DNA from: Coriobacteriia bacterium
GTDB taxonomy: Bacteria > Actinomycetota > Coriobacteriia > WRKU01 > WQUG01
NCBI GenBank assembly: GCA_009785795.1
Contig: WQVN01000001.1
Coordinates: 25,487 to 89,486, forward strand
Reading direction: 5' to 3'
Length of the DNA: 64,000 nt
Shown here: one piece after another, positions 21,787 through 30,357 of the stretch
Layout of the letters: each line of letters starts with the position of its first letter
How positions within the stretch are numbered: position 1 is the first letter of the stretch
Program-made: the position numbers and the translations under genes
Notes under the pieces: generated by a model
The model's database searches: none
Seen by the model: the letters and a program-made list of their open reading frames with translations, nothing else
What the model was told of the DNA's origin: nothing

Positions 21787-21910
21787 TGCTGTAGAATTTT
21801 GCAACACACCTGCTAGTGTTAAATACTTTAGTTTGTAGGGCAATCGAAACTTCGCACTGTCGAGTTTTCGATTGCCTCTCTTTTTGCCAGGATACACAGG
21901 AAGTACATAA

Positions 21911-23392
21911 ATGAAGATCGATAAAGGGGTTGGCGTATTTCTAATATTGCTCTCCCTCGTAGTATATGGAACATTCCTATATTTGATAAATCCAACACTG
22001 GGGAACAACCTAGTGCGACTAATTTGGGTTTTAAGTTACGCGCTTAGTTTAATTGGCATGATTTCTTTTGTCTTTCACCGTGACCCAAACAATTATCCAA
22101 TCCCTAAAGGAAAAATCATCTGCATTGTTCCCACGTACAATGAAAATGCAGCTAATCTGAATAGCTGCATACAATCCCTTTTGCAGCAAACACTTCCCAT
22201 TGACCATATTTACGTTGTAGATGACGGATCAGAAGCTCCAGTCGACTTGAGCGAATTTGGAGAACGTGTTGAGCTAATTCGCTTAGAGGAAAGTAAGGGC
22301 AAGCGCAATGCGGTGGCAATTGCCTTGAGCGTTATCGGCACACAGCACGCACATAGTGTGCGCGAAGAGGACTGCCTGATAGAAGATCCTGGCGTCCTCT
22401 TGGGGCCTTCGAACCCCATTGATGACCTTCAGGAACAGATTGGCTTGATTCCTCTCGAGGAAAACCAAGGAAAGCGCAGTGCGCAGGCATCAGTACTGGG
22501 TGCTATTGATGTGAAGGAATATCCCTTCTGCCTAACAGTAGACTCCGATTCATTTTTGACACCTCGTGCCCTGGAGTACATGGCGCGCGAAATGCACAAC
22601 CCTCACGTGAAGGCCTGTACTGCCACTGTACTCGCAAGTAATTACAGTGAGAATCTTCTTACAAAAATTCAAGACTTTAACTATGGCATTGCTCTTTCGA
22701 TTACACGCAGTTCAGCGCGAGCATTTGGCCTACTTGATACAACTGCGGGAGCTTGTTCCCTCTACAGGACAGAAATTGTGTCCTATCACCTTGATGACTA
22801 TTTAAAGCACGGGGAAAGACATCCCTACGGTGACGACCGGCGCATGGCACTTTACTCTATGATGGAGGGATACGGAAGGTTTGTGCCAGAAGCCGTCGTC
22901 TATACAGAGGTTCCCGACACATTCGAAACTTTGTGGAATCAGAGAGTGCGTTGGGCACAGGGAGTGTGGTCTGCCCTACCCTACTTCGTCACGAATTTGG
23001 GCGCAAGTAGATCCATCTTTCCGCTTCAGACCGCGATTTTGACCCTTGCTTTCCCCGTCGTCTTTGCTCTTATGATATATTTCTCTATCGCATCAAGCCC
23101 AGTTTGGATGCTTCTGTATGTTTCGTTTATATTTCTGACTACGTATTCCAGAGCTCTTTTCTATACTGTTTCCCGCTTTGAGATACTTTCAATGTCTGAG
23201 GTCTTTGGCACTAATCGAAAATTGAAGCATTTTCATAGTTTTTGGCATAGAGAAATTCTCTTTCGAAGACTCGTTGACTGGATCATCATATCGCCCCTAT
23301 TTGTACTTTTTACTCACTTTGTTTTTGTTCCTGTCCAGTATGTTGCTCTCTATAGGCTCTTTAGGCAAAACAAGGGCTGGGGAACGCGCTAG
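21911..23392 (+). CDS. Polytopic family-2 glycosyltransferase (GT-A), with an internal partial duplication.
   Basis: The ORF is 493 aa. It has two N-terminal TM helices, a GT2 catalytic core (IVPTYNE, VVDDGS, TVDSDS, QRVRWAQG) and four C-terminal TM helices. The region is AT-rich. Confidence 0.8.
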   Translation: MKIDKGVGVFLILLSLVVYGTFLYLINPTLGNNLVRLIWVLSYALSLIGMISFVFHRDPNNYPIPKGKIICIVPTYNENAANLNSCIQSLLQQTLPIDHIYVVDDGSEAPVDLSEFGERVELIRLEESKGKRNAVAIALSVIGTQHAHSVREEDCLIEDPGVLLGPSNPIDDLQEQIGLIPLEENQGKRSAQASVLGAIDVKEYPFCLTVDSDSFLTPRALEYMAREMHNPHVKACTATVLASNYSENLLTKIQDFNYGIALSITRSSARAFGLLDTTAGACSLYRTEIVSYHLDDYLKHGERHPYGDDRRMALYSMMEGYGRFVPEAVVYTEVPDTFETLWNQRVRWAQGVWSALPYFVTNLGASRSIFPLQTAILTLAFPVVFALMIYFSIASSPVWMLLYVSFIFLTTYSRALFYTVSRFEILSMSEVFGTNRKLKHFHSFWHREILFRRLVDWIIISPLFVLFTHFVFVPVQYVALYRLFRQNKGWGTR

Positions 23393-23429
23393 TGGCCGAC
23401 TGTTGCTCAAATACCCTCTATCCCAATAC

Positions 23430-23472
23430 CAGCACGCCCCCGATTACCCTGTGGGCAACCGGGGGCGTGCTG
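23430..23472. other. Perfect 13-bp hairpin abutting a direct repeat of the tRNA-Ser 3' end.
   Basis: CAGCACGCCCCCG-attaccctgtgggcaac-CGGGGGCGTGCTG. Confidence 0.6.
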
Positions 23473-23489
23473 GCGGAGAGCGAGGGATT
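23471..23489. repeat. 19-nt direct repeat of the tRNA-Ser(GCU) 3' end (tggcggagagcgagggatt).
   Basis: It is identical to 23595-23613, the 3' end of the tRNA gene. This is the geometry of an att-site remnant from an integrative element. Confidence 0.6.
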
Positions 23490-23594
23490 AGCATGTGTGC
23501 TACGCACCCACTGGTCTCGCTTACGCTCAACCCTGAATGCTCCTAACCGTCGCATTCACCCCTGCGGGTTCAAATCGTGCAGCTTTTCAAAAAA

Positions 23595-23687
23595 TGGCGG
23601 AGAGCGAGGGATTTGAACCCTCGATACGGCTCTAAACCGTATACGCGCTTAGCAGGCGCGCGCCTTCAACCACTCGGCCAGCTCTCC
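23595..23687 (-). tRNA. tRNA-Ser (anticodon GCU).
   Basis: The reverse complement reads GGAGAGCTGGCCGAGTGG...CTGCTAA...GGGTTCAAATCCCTCGCTCTCCGCCA. It has a long variable arm and a terminal CCA. Confidence 0.85.
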
Positions 23688-23765
23688 GTAAATATGCCAT
23701 AGAATTTTGGCATCTGCGCTAAGTGAGCATATCATAAATCAGCTCAAAACGGTATAGTTAGCTAC

Positions 23766-24299
23766 ATGGAAATGCGCTCAAACATACAAACTTCGCACCT
23801 AAATCTGCGGCCAGCTGCCACAGATGATGAGCAGTACATGCGCTTAGCACTTGAGGAAGCTGCTCATGCCGCTGAATTGGGAGAAGCCCCCATAGGTGCC
23901 GTAGTTGTCAATTCGGATGGCATTGTTGCGACTGCTCACAACCGCAGAGAAATTGACCATGACCCCACAGCACATGCCGAATTGCTTGCTTTGCGCACAG
24001 CTGCACAGTCCCTTGGACGTTGGCGCCTACACGATTGCACTGTATATGTAACTCTTGAGCCCTGTCCTATGTGTGCAGGTCTCATGCAGCAGGCACGTAT
24101 CAAGCGCTGCGTGTACGGCACTGCCGACCCAAAAGCAGGAGCGCTAGGCAGCTTATATCACTTGCATGACGATAATCGTTTAAACCACAGCTTCCAAGTT
24201 ACTGCTGGAATACTTGCAGGTGAATCCAGTGCGCTGCTGCGCAATTTTTTCGCCAGCCTACGAAAAATCACCACAAAGGATGCCAGCAGTGTCAGATAA
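23766..24299 (+). CDS. tadA: tRNA-specific adenosine deaminase TadA.
   Basis: It has the CDA zinc motifs HAELLAL and PCPMCAG. The track ORF overlaps the downstream histidine kinase. The TAA stop at 24297-24299 overlaps the ATG of the next gene. Confidence 0.8.
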   Translation: MEMRSNIQTSHLNLRPAATDDEQYMRLALEEAAHAAELGEAPIGAVVVNSDGIVATAHNRREIDHDPTAHAELLALRTAAQSLGRWRLHDCTVYVTLEPCPMCAGLMQQARIKRCVYGTADPKAGALGSLYHLHDDNRLNHSFQVTAGILAGESSALLRNFFASLRKITTKDASSVR

Positions 24300-24300
24300 A

Positions 24301-25671
24301 ATGCAACTACATACGTCAAGGATAGATTCGCCAACTACGTCAAGTGAGTCTCATCACGCCGACTACTATGATCAGCTTGAGGGTGCAACACGTGTGGACG
24401 CTCTTGGCATTGCAGCCTTTATTGCAATTGCAGTTCTTTGTGGCTTTGCAACACTTGCGCTATTGGCAGGCTGGTCTGTAACGGTACTTGCGATTTGTGT
24501 GTTCTTGCTTGCAGCTATAGCGTTTGCTCTGGCCTACAGCCACAGTGCAAGACGCCCCGACCACTTACAGGCACTTGAATCAGAGCGCATCTCACGTACT
24601 GCTAACGAAGCCTTATCCTACATGGGTGAAGGACTGACCTCAGAAAATGCACAGGCAGTCTGCGAAATCATACTGGCCGCTAGTCCCAGTACTGTGGCAG
24701 TAGCGATGACTGACGATCAGCAGGTGCTGGGCTTTGCAGGGCGCGGAGCAGATCATCACACTCCTGGCAGACCTATCGTCACTCGCGCAACTCAGACAGC
24801 ACTCGAGCGCAAAGAGACTGTTGTGTTGACCTCAAAAACAGCCATCGGCTGTCGTGATCCCCGTTGTCCGCTACGTGCCGCCATTGTTGTGCCACTAAAG
24901 GTGGGTGCACGAGCAATAGGTACTCTTAAGTACTACTATCTGCGTCCGTCGCAACTAACAGAAACTGAACTAGTTGCCGCAGAAGGTCTTGCTCGTCTAC
25001 TCTCAACACAGCTAGTCAATCTGGAACTGGAAGCTCAGGCAGTCCTTGCCACAGAACTTGAACTTAAAGCGTTGCAGGCACAAATCAATCCTCATTTCCT
25101 GTTCAATACCATTAACACCATTAGTGCTTACATTCGCACTGATGCAGAAACCGCCCGTCACCTGCTGCGTCAGTTCGCAGCCTTTTATCGTCGCACTTTA
25201 GAACACGGTGACCATCCCATCACACTGGGACTTGAAATTCAATTTCTGCAGCAATACTTCGAACTGGAAAAGGCTCGTTTTGGCGACCAGGTCAATCTGA
25301 CTCTCGACGTTGATTCTGCAGCCCTTGAACTGCCCATGCCTTCGTTTATGTTGCAGCCGCTGGTCGAAAATGCAATAGGTCACGGCATGTTCGATGACGG
25401 TCGTCCCCTAGAGATAACAGTTTGCGTGGCAGAGTGCGACCAAAATCCCGAAATGTGGTTGGTCAGTGTTGCAGACGACGGTGTGGGGATGGATGCAGAT
25501 TTAAGTAGTGAAGTTCTTGAGAGGACACACAACACGGGACTAGGCGTTGCATTGCGAAACGTGACTGATCGTTTGCGTGGCTTTTATGGGCCTGAAAGCG
25601 AACTGCAAATTGAAAGCGAGCCAGGCAAGGGTACAAAGGTTAGCTTCATCATAGATAAGCTCCTCACTTAG
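24301..25671 (+). CDS. Sensor histidine kinase of the LytS/YehU family, probably with a GAF-like middle domain.
   Basis: It has the His_kinase internal region (LKALQAQINPHFLFNTINTI) and an HATPase_c domain (ADDGVGMD), with two N-terminal TM helices. The start is reassigned to the Met at 24301 (MQLHTSR), which overlaps the tadA stop. Confidence 0.7.
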   Translation: MQLHTSRIDSPTTSSESHHADYYDQLEGATRVDALGIAAFIAIAVLCGFATLALLAGWSVTVLAICVFLLAAIAFALAYSHSARRPDHLQALESERISRTANEALSYMGEGLTSENAQAVCEIILAASPSTVAVAMTDDQQVLGFAGRGADHHTPGRPIVTRATQTALERKETVVLTSKTAIGCRDPRCPLRAAIVVPLKVGARAIGTLKYYYLRPSQLTETELVAAEGLARLLSTQLVNLELEAQAVLATELELKALQAQINPHFLFNTINTISAYIRTDAETARHLLRQFAAFYRRTLEHGDHPITLGLEIQFLQQYFELEKARFGDQVNLTLDVDSAALELPMPSFMLQPLVENAIGHGMFDDGRPLEITVCVAECDQNPEMWLVSVADDGVGMDADLSSEVLERTHNTGLGVALRNVTDRLRGFYGPESELQIESEPGKGTKVSFIIDKLLT

Positions 25672-25688
25672 CAGCTGTTAGGAGCATC

Positions 25689-26165
25689 ATGATTCTCTGT
25701 ACAGAGTGCTACATACAGCGTGATGGTCAGACTCTCATGCTGCACCGCAACAAGAAAGCTGATGATATCAATCAGGGCAAATGGATTGGTGTTGGAGGCA
25801 AATTCGAGCCCGGAGAATCACCAGAACAGTGTCTAATCCGTGAAGTACAGGAAGAAACAGGGCTCACCGTAACTGATTTTCAGTTACGCGGAATAGTAAC
25901 CTTTGTCACGACAGATGACTCAAGTGATCCTATGCTGATTTTCATCTATACAGCAAGTGGCTTCACAGGGGAACTTTCACTCACCTGCAGCGAAGGTACC
26001 CTGCAATGGGTCGAGACGAATCAAATTTGCGACCTTGATCTGTGGGAAGGTGACAGACTATTTTGGAATTGGATGCAGAACAGCAGTGCACTCTTTTCTG
26101 CACGCTTTACCTATCATGGTGGTGTCCTCACGCACCATGAGGTCACGCACTATGCGACCAGTTAA
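25689..26165 (+). CDS. NUDIX hydrolase (MutT-like).
   Basis: The Nudix box is GGKFEPGESPEQCLIREVQEETG. Confidence 0.8.
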   Translation: MILCTECYIQRDGQTLMLHRNKKADDINQGKWIGVGGKFEPGESPEQCLIREVQEETGLTVTDFQLRGIVTFVTTDDSSDPMLIFIYTASGFTGELSLTCSEGTLQWVETNQICDLDLWEGDRLFWNWMQNSSALFSARFTYHGGVLTHHEVTHYATS

Positions 26166-26232
26166 GGGCTATAATGAATTTTCTGTATCAATGTGCAAAT
26201 TGCCAGCACACATATTTAGCAAGGAGAAAGAT

Positions 26233-27237
26233 ATGAAGCAATCCATCGCCGACAGACTAACGCTATTCAGTGACAACAGCCAAGCTGCCAGAACTGCTTT
26301 TCGCTGGTCTGGTGGTGGCAGTCAGCAAGGACGACTAATATCACTGATCTATGCACTTGAAGGCAAATCTCTTGACCCTGCAGCAGTGAGAAATGCTCAC
26401 GACATAATCAAGGATAAAACTGGCATGTTTTCAAAATTTAGAGGCATTACCTCTTTGTGTGTTGCTGCAAAGCTTTCGCTGAACAATGATCCACAGCAAC
26501 TTTTTACCGATACTTTGGCAGCACACGACCGTCTGCGTCAAGCAAAATTTCCTAATTCCGATCAGCTTGCCATTGCGGCCTTTCTTGTCGCGTCGGGCAC
26601 AGAGCGACATAACTTTAAAAAGACAGCTGACCGCGCAATGCAATTCAGCAATGGCATGAAAAATAGGCTGCGATTCCTTGCAGGACAGGACAACTCTATT
26701 CTTGCCGCAATGCTAGGCCTCTCAAACATGATTCCTTCAGTGGGAATCGAACGAATTGAACAACTTTATCAGCAGCTAAAGCCAGAACTTAGGCGAGCAG
26801 GCAGTAACAGCGTAGAAACCTTGTCGCAGATATTAGCACTAGGGGGAACATCTGATGAAGCACTTGATTGTTTACTTAGCCTAAATCAAACTTTGCGCGC
26901 ACAAAGAATACGACTCGACAAACAATTCACCTTGCCAGCTCTAGGAACCCTGTCACTGCTTTCCGTTGATGCCACCACGCTGGCTGACGATATTTTAGAA
27001 GCTCAAAGCTATCTGCGAACACAGCGAGGGCTTCGTACCCTTTCAGGACAAGAGCTACTGCTCTTTACAACAGCAATCATTAGCTCGGTCTACATCGAAG
27101 AGTGCATGGATTCAGCAGACAACGCAGTACTTGCAACTGCATCTGCAAGCATAGTAAACATCATCATTGCACAGCAAATCATGATGATGATCATTATCAT
27201 GGCAGCGGCATCAAGTGCAGCAGCTGCAAGCGCATAG
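26233..27237 (+). CDS. DUF4003-like hypothetical protein with a hydrophobic Ile/Met/Ala-rich C-terminus.
   Basis: An AAGGAG RBS precedes the ATG at 26233. The track ORF at 25957 overlaps the NUDIX gene and is an over-extension. Confidence 0.55.
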   Translation: MKQSIADRLTLFSDNSQAARTAFRWSGGGSQQGRLISLIYALEGKSLDPAAVRNAHDIIKDKTGMFSKFRGITSLCVAAKLSLNNDPQQLFTDTLAAHDRLRQAKFPNSDQLAIAAFLVASGTERHNFKKTADRAMQFSNGMKNRLRFLAGQDNSILAAMLGLSNMIPSVGIERIEQLYQQLKPELRRAGSNSVETLSQILALGGTSDEALDCLLSLNQTLRAQRIRLDKQFTLPALGTLSLLSVDATTLADDILEAQSYLRTQRGLRTLSGQELLLFTTAIISSVYIEECMDSADNAVLATASASIVNIIIAQQIMMMIIIMAAASSAAAASA

Positions 27238-27274
27238 CAGAGCATGCTCAAGATATAAGCTAAAAGGAGAGCAC

Positions 27275-27760
27275 TTGAAAATATTGAGAAAAAGAGTGGT
27301 TTATCTGCTAGGAACAGCACTTGCAGCCTATTCATATTTCGTCATGACTGATTGGATCTTCCAAGAAGTCGCTGAGGGAGACATGCTAACCATGATGATT
27401 TGGAATCTAATGCTGATTCTAAGTTGGCTGGCAATGGATAAGATGGAAAAATACATTTATCGCTGGGTCAAAGCAAGAGACAAGAAAAAAGGTGTCACTT
27501 GGTGGTCAAAGGCTCTTGCAGTGATGTTTTACAACATATCGCTTAAGTCAGCACTTTACTTCTTTTACATTGGAGTCTTGGTTTGCTATGCGATCCTTGC
27601 AGCTGATCCTGACTTTCCTCACATAAGTCATATGGGTGACTACCTGCAGTCGGTATACTACGGCGCACTGATATTGTTTGCAACAGACAAGCTGCTAGGA
27701 CAGGTATTCAAAGATGTTGACAGCAATGACGCGGATGCAGGTATCGAAGAGGACGAATAG
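27275..27760 (+). CDS. Hypothetical polytopic membrane protein with an acidic C-terminus.
   Basis: It is the 3' part of the track ORF at 27215. The start is uncertain: it is either the TTG at 27275 after AAAGGAGAG or an internal ATG. Confidence 0.4.
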   Translation: MKILRKRVVYLLGTALAAYSYFVMTDWIFQEVAEGDMLTMMIWNLMLILSWLAMDKMEKYIYRWVKARDKKKGVTWWSKALAVMFYNISLKSALYFFYIGVLVCYAILAADPDFPHISHMGDYLQSVYYGALILFATDKLLGQVFKDVDSNDADAGIEEDE

Positions 27761-27805
27761 ACCCATTCCAATCACCAGCTATGCTAGACTGTATTTTCGC
27801 ATTTG

Positions 27806-27900
27806 CGGAGGATTGCCCGAGCTGGCTGAAGGGGCACGACTGGAAATCGTGTGTGCCGTTTGAAGCGGTACCTAGGGTTCGAATCCCTAATCCTCCGCCA
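27806..27900 (+). tRNA. tRNA-Ser (anticodon GGA).
   Basis: GGAGGATTGCCCGAGCTGG...CACGA-CTGGAAA-TCGTG...GGGTTCGAATCCCTAATCCTCCGCCA. It has a long variable arm. Confidence 0.8.
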
Positions 27901-27939
27901 GATTACCCCAGTGAGCACGAAGTGTTTGCTGGGGTAATC
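27901..27939 (+). terminator. Hairpin immediately 3' of tRNA-Ser(GGA).
   Basis: GATTACCCCAG-N17-CTGGGGTAATC is an 11-bp stem. Confidence 0.5.
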
Positions 27940-27952
27940 TGATGATGGAATA

Positions 27953-28013
27953 GAGGGATTCGAATAGAGTACATTGCGCAGCAATGTGCGGGAATCCCCG
28001 TTTCCTCCGCCAT
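27953..28013 (+). other. Degenerate tRNA-Ser 3'-half fragment, interrupted by a palindrome.
   Basis: gagGGATTCGAAT-[acattgcgcagcaatgt]-GGGAATCCCCgtTTCCTCCGCCA mirrors the tRNA's AGGGTTCGAATCCCTAATCCTCCGCCA 3' end. It looks like an att-like remnant. Confidence 0.55.
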
Positions 28014-28016
28014 TTC

Positions 28017-28436
28017 CTAAAATAGTTCGCCTTTGCTCTGAGGAGGCTTCATCGAGCAACTGACCTGGATTCCCTCTCTTTGCATGTAGTCACTGCCAAA
28101 GTGATACATAGCTGCCAGTGTAGGTTCGATTTCTTTGCCAAGGTCAGATAGAGAGTATTCTACTTTTGGTGGAACAACAGGATACACAGTTCGTATTACC
28201 AAGTTATCCTTTTCTAGTTCTCGCAATTGCTGTGTCAGCATTTTAGGAGTTGCTTGAGGAACCAGCTTACTTAACTCTCCAAAGCGCAAAACTCCATCGA
28301 GCAGATGCCACACAATTAACGGCTTGTATTTCCCGCCGATCATGCCAAGTGTTGTAGCAACAGGGCAGTTACCTTTTATGCAATCTTTATTCAATGGATT
28401 ACTCCTTACAGTATCTTTTTGGATAGTATAGCACAA
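28017..28436 (-). CDS. HxlR-family winged-helix transcriptional regulator.
   Basis: CPVATTLGMIGGKYKPLIVWHL is a typical HxlR N-terminus. Confidence 0.8.
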   Translation of the reverse strand: MCYTIQKDTVRSNPLNKDCIKGNCPVATTLGMIGGKYKPLIVWHLLDGVLRFGELSKLVPQATPKMLTQQLRELEKDNLVIRTVYPVVPPKVEYSLSDLGKEIEPTLAAMYHFGSDYMQREGIQVSCSMKPPQSKGELF

Positions 28437-28536
28437 TAAGGTGCGTACTTGTTTTCAAGATAGCTATTAGACATACTTAATTTAAGTACTTAGGATAAAT
28501 GATTGATTTGACTGCTTTAAAGGAGGTGATGTGCAA

Positions 28537-28638
28537 ATGTCAAAAGATAATGGTTGTTCTAATCCGCACTGCAAGTGCGTAAATTGTACCTGTGATCCCT
28601 GCCTGTGTACTCCAGATAATCCTTGTGCTTGTGAGTAG
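28537..28638 (+). CDS. Cysteine-rich 33-aa peptide (MSKDNGCSNPHCKCVNCTCDPCLCTPDNPCACE), metallothionein-like. It is not in the ORF track.
   Basis: I read it directly. An AGGAGGTGA RBS sits 7 nt upstream of the ATG at 28537. The peptide has 9 Cys and 1 His in 33 residues, with CxC and CxxC spacing. It lies between hxlR and arsC. Confidence 0.6.
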   Translation: MSKDNGCSNPHCKCVNCTCDPCLCTPDNPCACE

Positions 28639-28700
28639 CGGCAAGAAGACTTCAAAGAGGTGTCTGACGGCATCTCTTTTTCTTTTACTGCTGTGTTTGT

Positions 28701-29132
28701 CTATAGTCGGTGGACTAACTCTCGAATCTTCTTTTCAATTTCGGCAATAATTTTCAAGAAGGCATCGTTACCTTTCCCCGAAGGGTCATCTAGCTCCCAA
28801 TCTTCGCGATGCTGACAAGGCAGAGTAGGGCAGTTCACGTTACAGCCCATTGTAATCACTACATCAAGCGGTAGTATGTCCTCTATTAATTTGGGACTTT
28901 GTGTTAGCTCCATGTTAATGTCATATTGATCTTTCATGATTCGAACAGCATCTTGATTGATCTTGTCTACCATATGTGTACCTGCACTATAACTTTCAAA
29001 TATGTCTGCTGCTATATGCCTTGCAATTGCTTCTGCCATCTGACTGCGGCACGAATTGTGAATGCAAATAAAACCTACCCTTGGCTTTCTGTCCTCCATG
29101 TTTAGGTCAAGCTTGTTTGCTGAATGCATCAA
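28701..29132 (-). CDS. arsC: Arsenate reductase / low-molecular-weight protein tyrosine phosphatase family (thioredoxin-coupled ArsC type).
   Basis: It has the CIHNSCRS P-loop (CX5R) and distal Cys residues. Confidence 0.75.
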   Translation of the reverse strand: MMHSANKLDLNMEDRKPRVGFICIHNSCRSQMAEAIARHIAADIFESYSAGTHMVDKINQDAVRIMKDQYDINMELTQSPKLIEDILPLDVVITMGCNVNCPTLPCQHREDWELDDPSGKGNDAFLKIIAEIEKKIRELVHRL

Positions 29133-29273
29133 TTTGAATCCTTTTCACTTTTAGCTTCGGTATTTGAAAACAGGTATCTATACACCACATATGCCAGAAG
29201 TGCACCTATTACCTGCATAGCAATAAAGACTAGTCCATCATCGATAGGCCAATTTGAACCTAATGTGGCTTTG

Positions 29274-29723
29274 ATGACCATTGGCATCATCATGATACTT
29301 CTAAGCGTCGTGCTCTTTATTGCAATTTTTGCTCTCTATGGACGGATTTTGTATAACCTTGTGCAATGTTTTGGCAAAGGACTTGGCTTTACCTTGGGAC
29401 TTCTCTTTTTAGGGCCTATCTTTTGGCTAATTCTTGGCTTAGATGATTCACAGTATCGTCCTCGGTCAGAGCCAATGTATCCTCCTTACGGAACTGCAAC
29501 AATGTCAGGGATACAGGGTCCTGGCCCATACGGACAAGTTGTGGATCCACATGTTCAACAAGAGATGCCAGTCACTGGTGCATTTCCGCAGCAGTCACAA
29601 CAGGCTATGCCAGAAAATTCTGGCAGGCTTTCACCGGGAGCAGTTGTTGGATATACCTTGCTGATTATAGTTCCGCTTATACTTTGCTGTATGGCAATGG
29701 AGTTTTTTGCACTAACAATATAG
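29274..29723 (+). CDS. Hypothetical membrane protein with a Pro/Gln-rich central region.
   Basis: It is the 3' part of the track ORF at 29124. TM helices flank a PPYG.. Pro-rich segment. The start is uncertain. Confidence 0.4.
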   Translation: MTIGIIMILLSVVLFIAIFALYGRILYNLVQCFGKGLGFTLGLLFLGPIFWLILGLDDSQYRPRSEPMYPPYGTATMSGIQGPGPYGQVVDPHVQQEMPVTGAFPQQSQQAMPENSGRLSPGAVVGYTLLIIVPLILCCMAMEFFALTI

Positions 29724-30326
29724 CTAGGCGAGTTGCCTGCAGAATTTACAGATGGTGCTCATTTGTACTGTTGCTCCACAGCCATTGCAACGCACAGTGG
29801 CTGGCTGCGAGTTTTCGCTTTTGCTGCATTCTGCAGAAGCGGACATGCCAATACTTGCTTGAAGTGCATACACAATTTGCTCTACTAATTGAACGGTTGC
29901 TTCTTTGTTGCCAGCCTCAACATAGCCAATGTGCGCATTCAAGGGCTCGTCTGTCTTAGAGTGTATCTGCATCATATGAGCTCCACCAGACCCTCTGGGC
30001 ATATAATCCACGCTAGTAATATCGACAATTTTTATCGATGAAGCTTGCGTCCAAAGCCTCTTGCTATAGAAGCGATTGGTAGTTAGGATAAAGCCATTCT
30101 TTGCATTCCCCGTGAAGGTGTCATCATGAAGCAAGATCACTGTTTCGCTACTGCCCATTGTTTGGGCAAAACTTTTAGCGGCATTTCCCAACTTATTGAG
30201 CGGAATTCTATTGAACGCGTACAGTCCGCTTAGGTTCTTGCTTAGAGCTTTCATCTGCGAAGTGAGTGCAACCAATTCATTTCTCAATTCTTGGGTCATC
30301 ACTATCCGTTTTTCTGGCATCTTCAT
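29724..30326 (-). CDS. Hypothetical protein with a PH/GRAM-like core and a C-terminal CxxC...CxxC zinc ribbon (paralog 1).
   Basis: It is 200 aa. It shares LGNAxxSxAQTMGSxETVIxLxDDT...GFxLTTxRFY and a C-terminal VRCxGCGATVQ..TICKFCRxLA with the ORF at 34113-34733. Confidence 0.6.
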   Translation of the reverse strand: MKMPEKRIVMTQELRNELVALTSQMKALSKNLSGLYAFNRIPLNKLGNAAKSFAQTMGSSETVILLHDDTFTGNAKNGFILTTNRFYSKRLWTQASSIKIVDITSVDYMPRGSGGAHMMQIHSKTDEPLNAHIGYVEAGNKEATVQLVEQIVYALQASIGMSASAECSKSENSQPATVRCNGCGATVQMSTICKFCRQLA

Positions 30327-30357
30327 CCCATCTGGTCACTGCAAGCTACATGATATT

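Noticed and set aside
23540-23585. T-loop-like GGGTTCAAATC sequence upstream of tRNA-Ser(GCU), suggesting another tRNA.
   Set aside because: The flanking sequence does not form T- or acceptor stems. It is probably debris or chance.
28482-28673. Minus-strand ORF of 63 aa overlapping the Cys-rich peptide locus.
   Set aside because: It has no RBS and sits antisense to a short ORF that has a strong RBS and a striking Cys pattern, so the plus-strand peptide is the better model.
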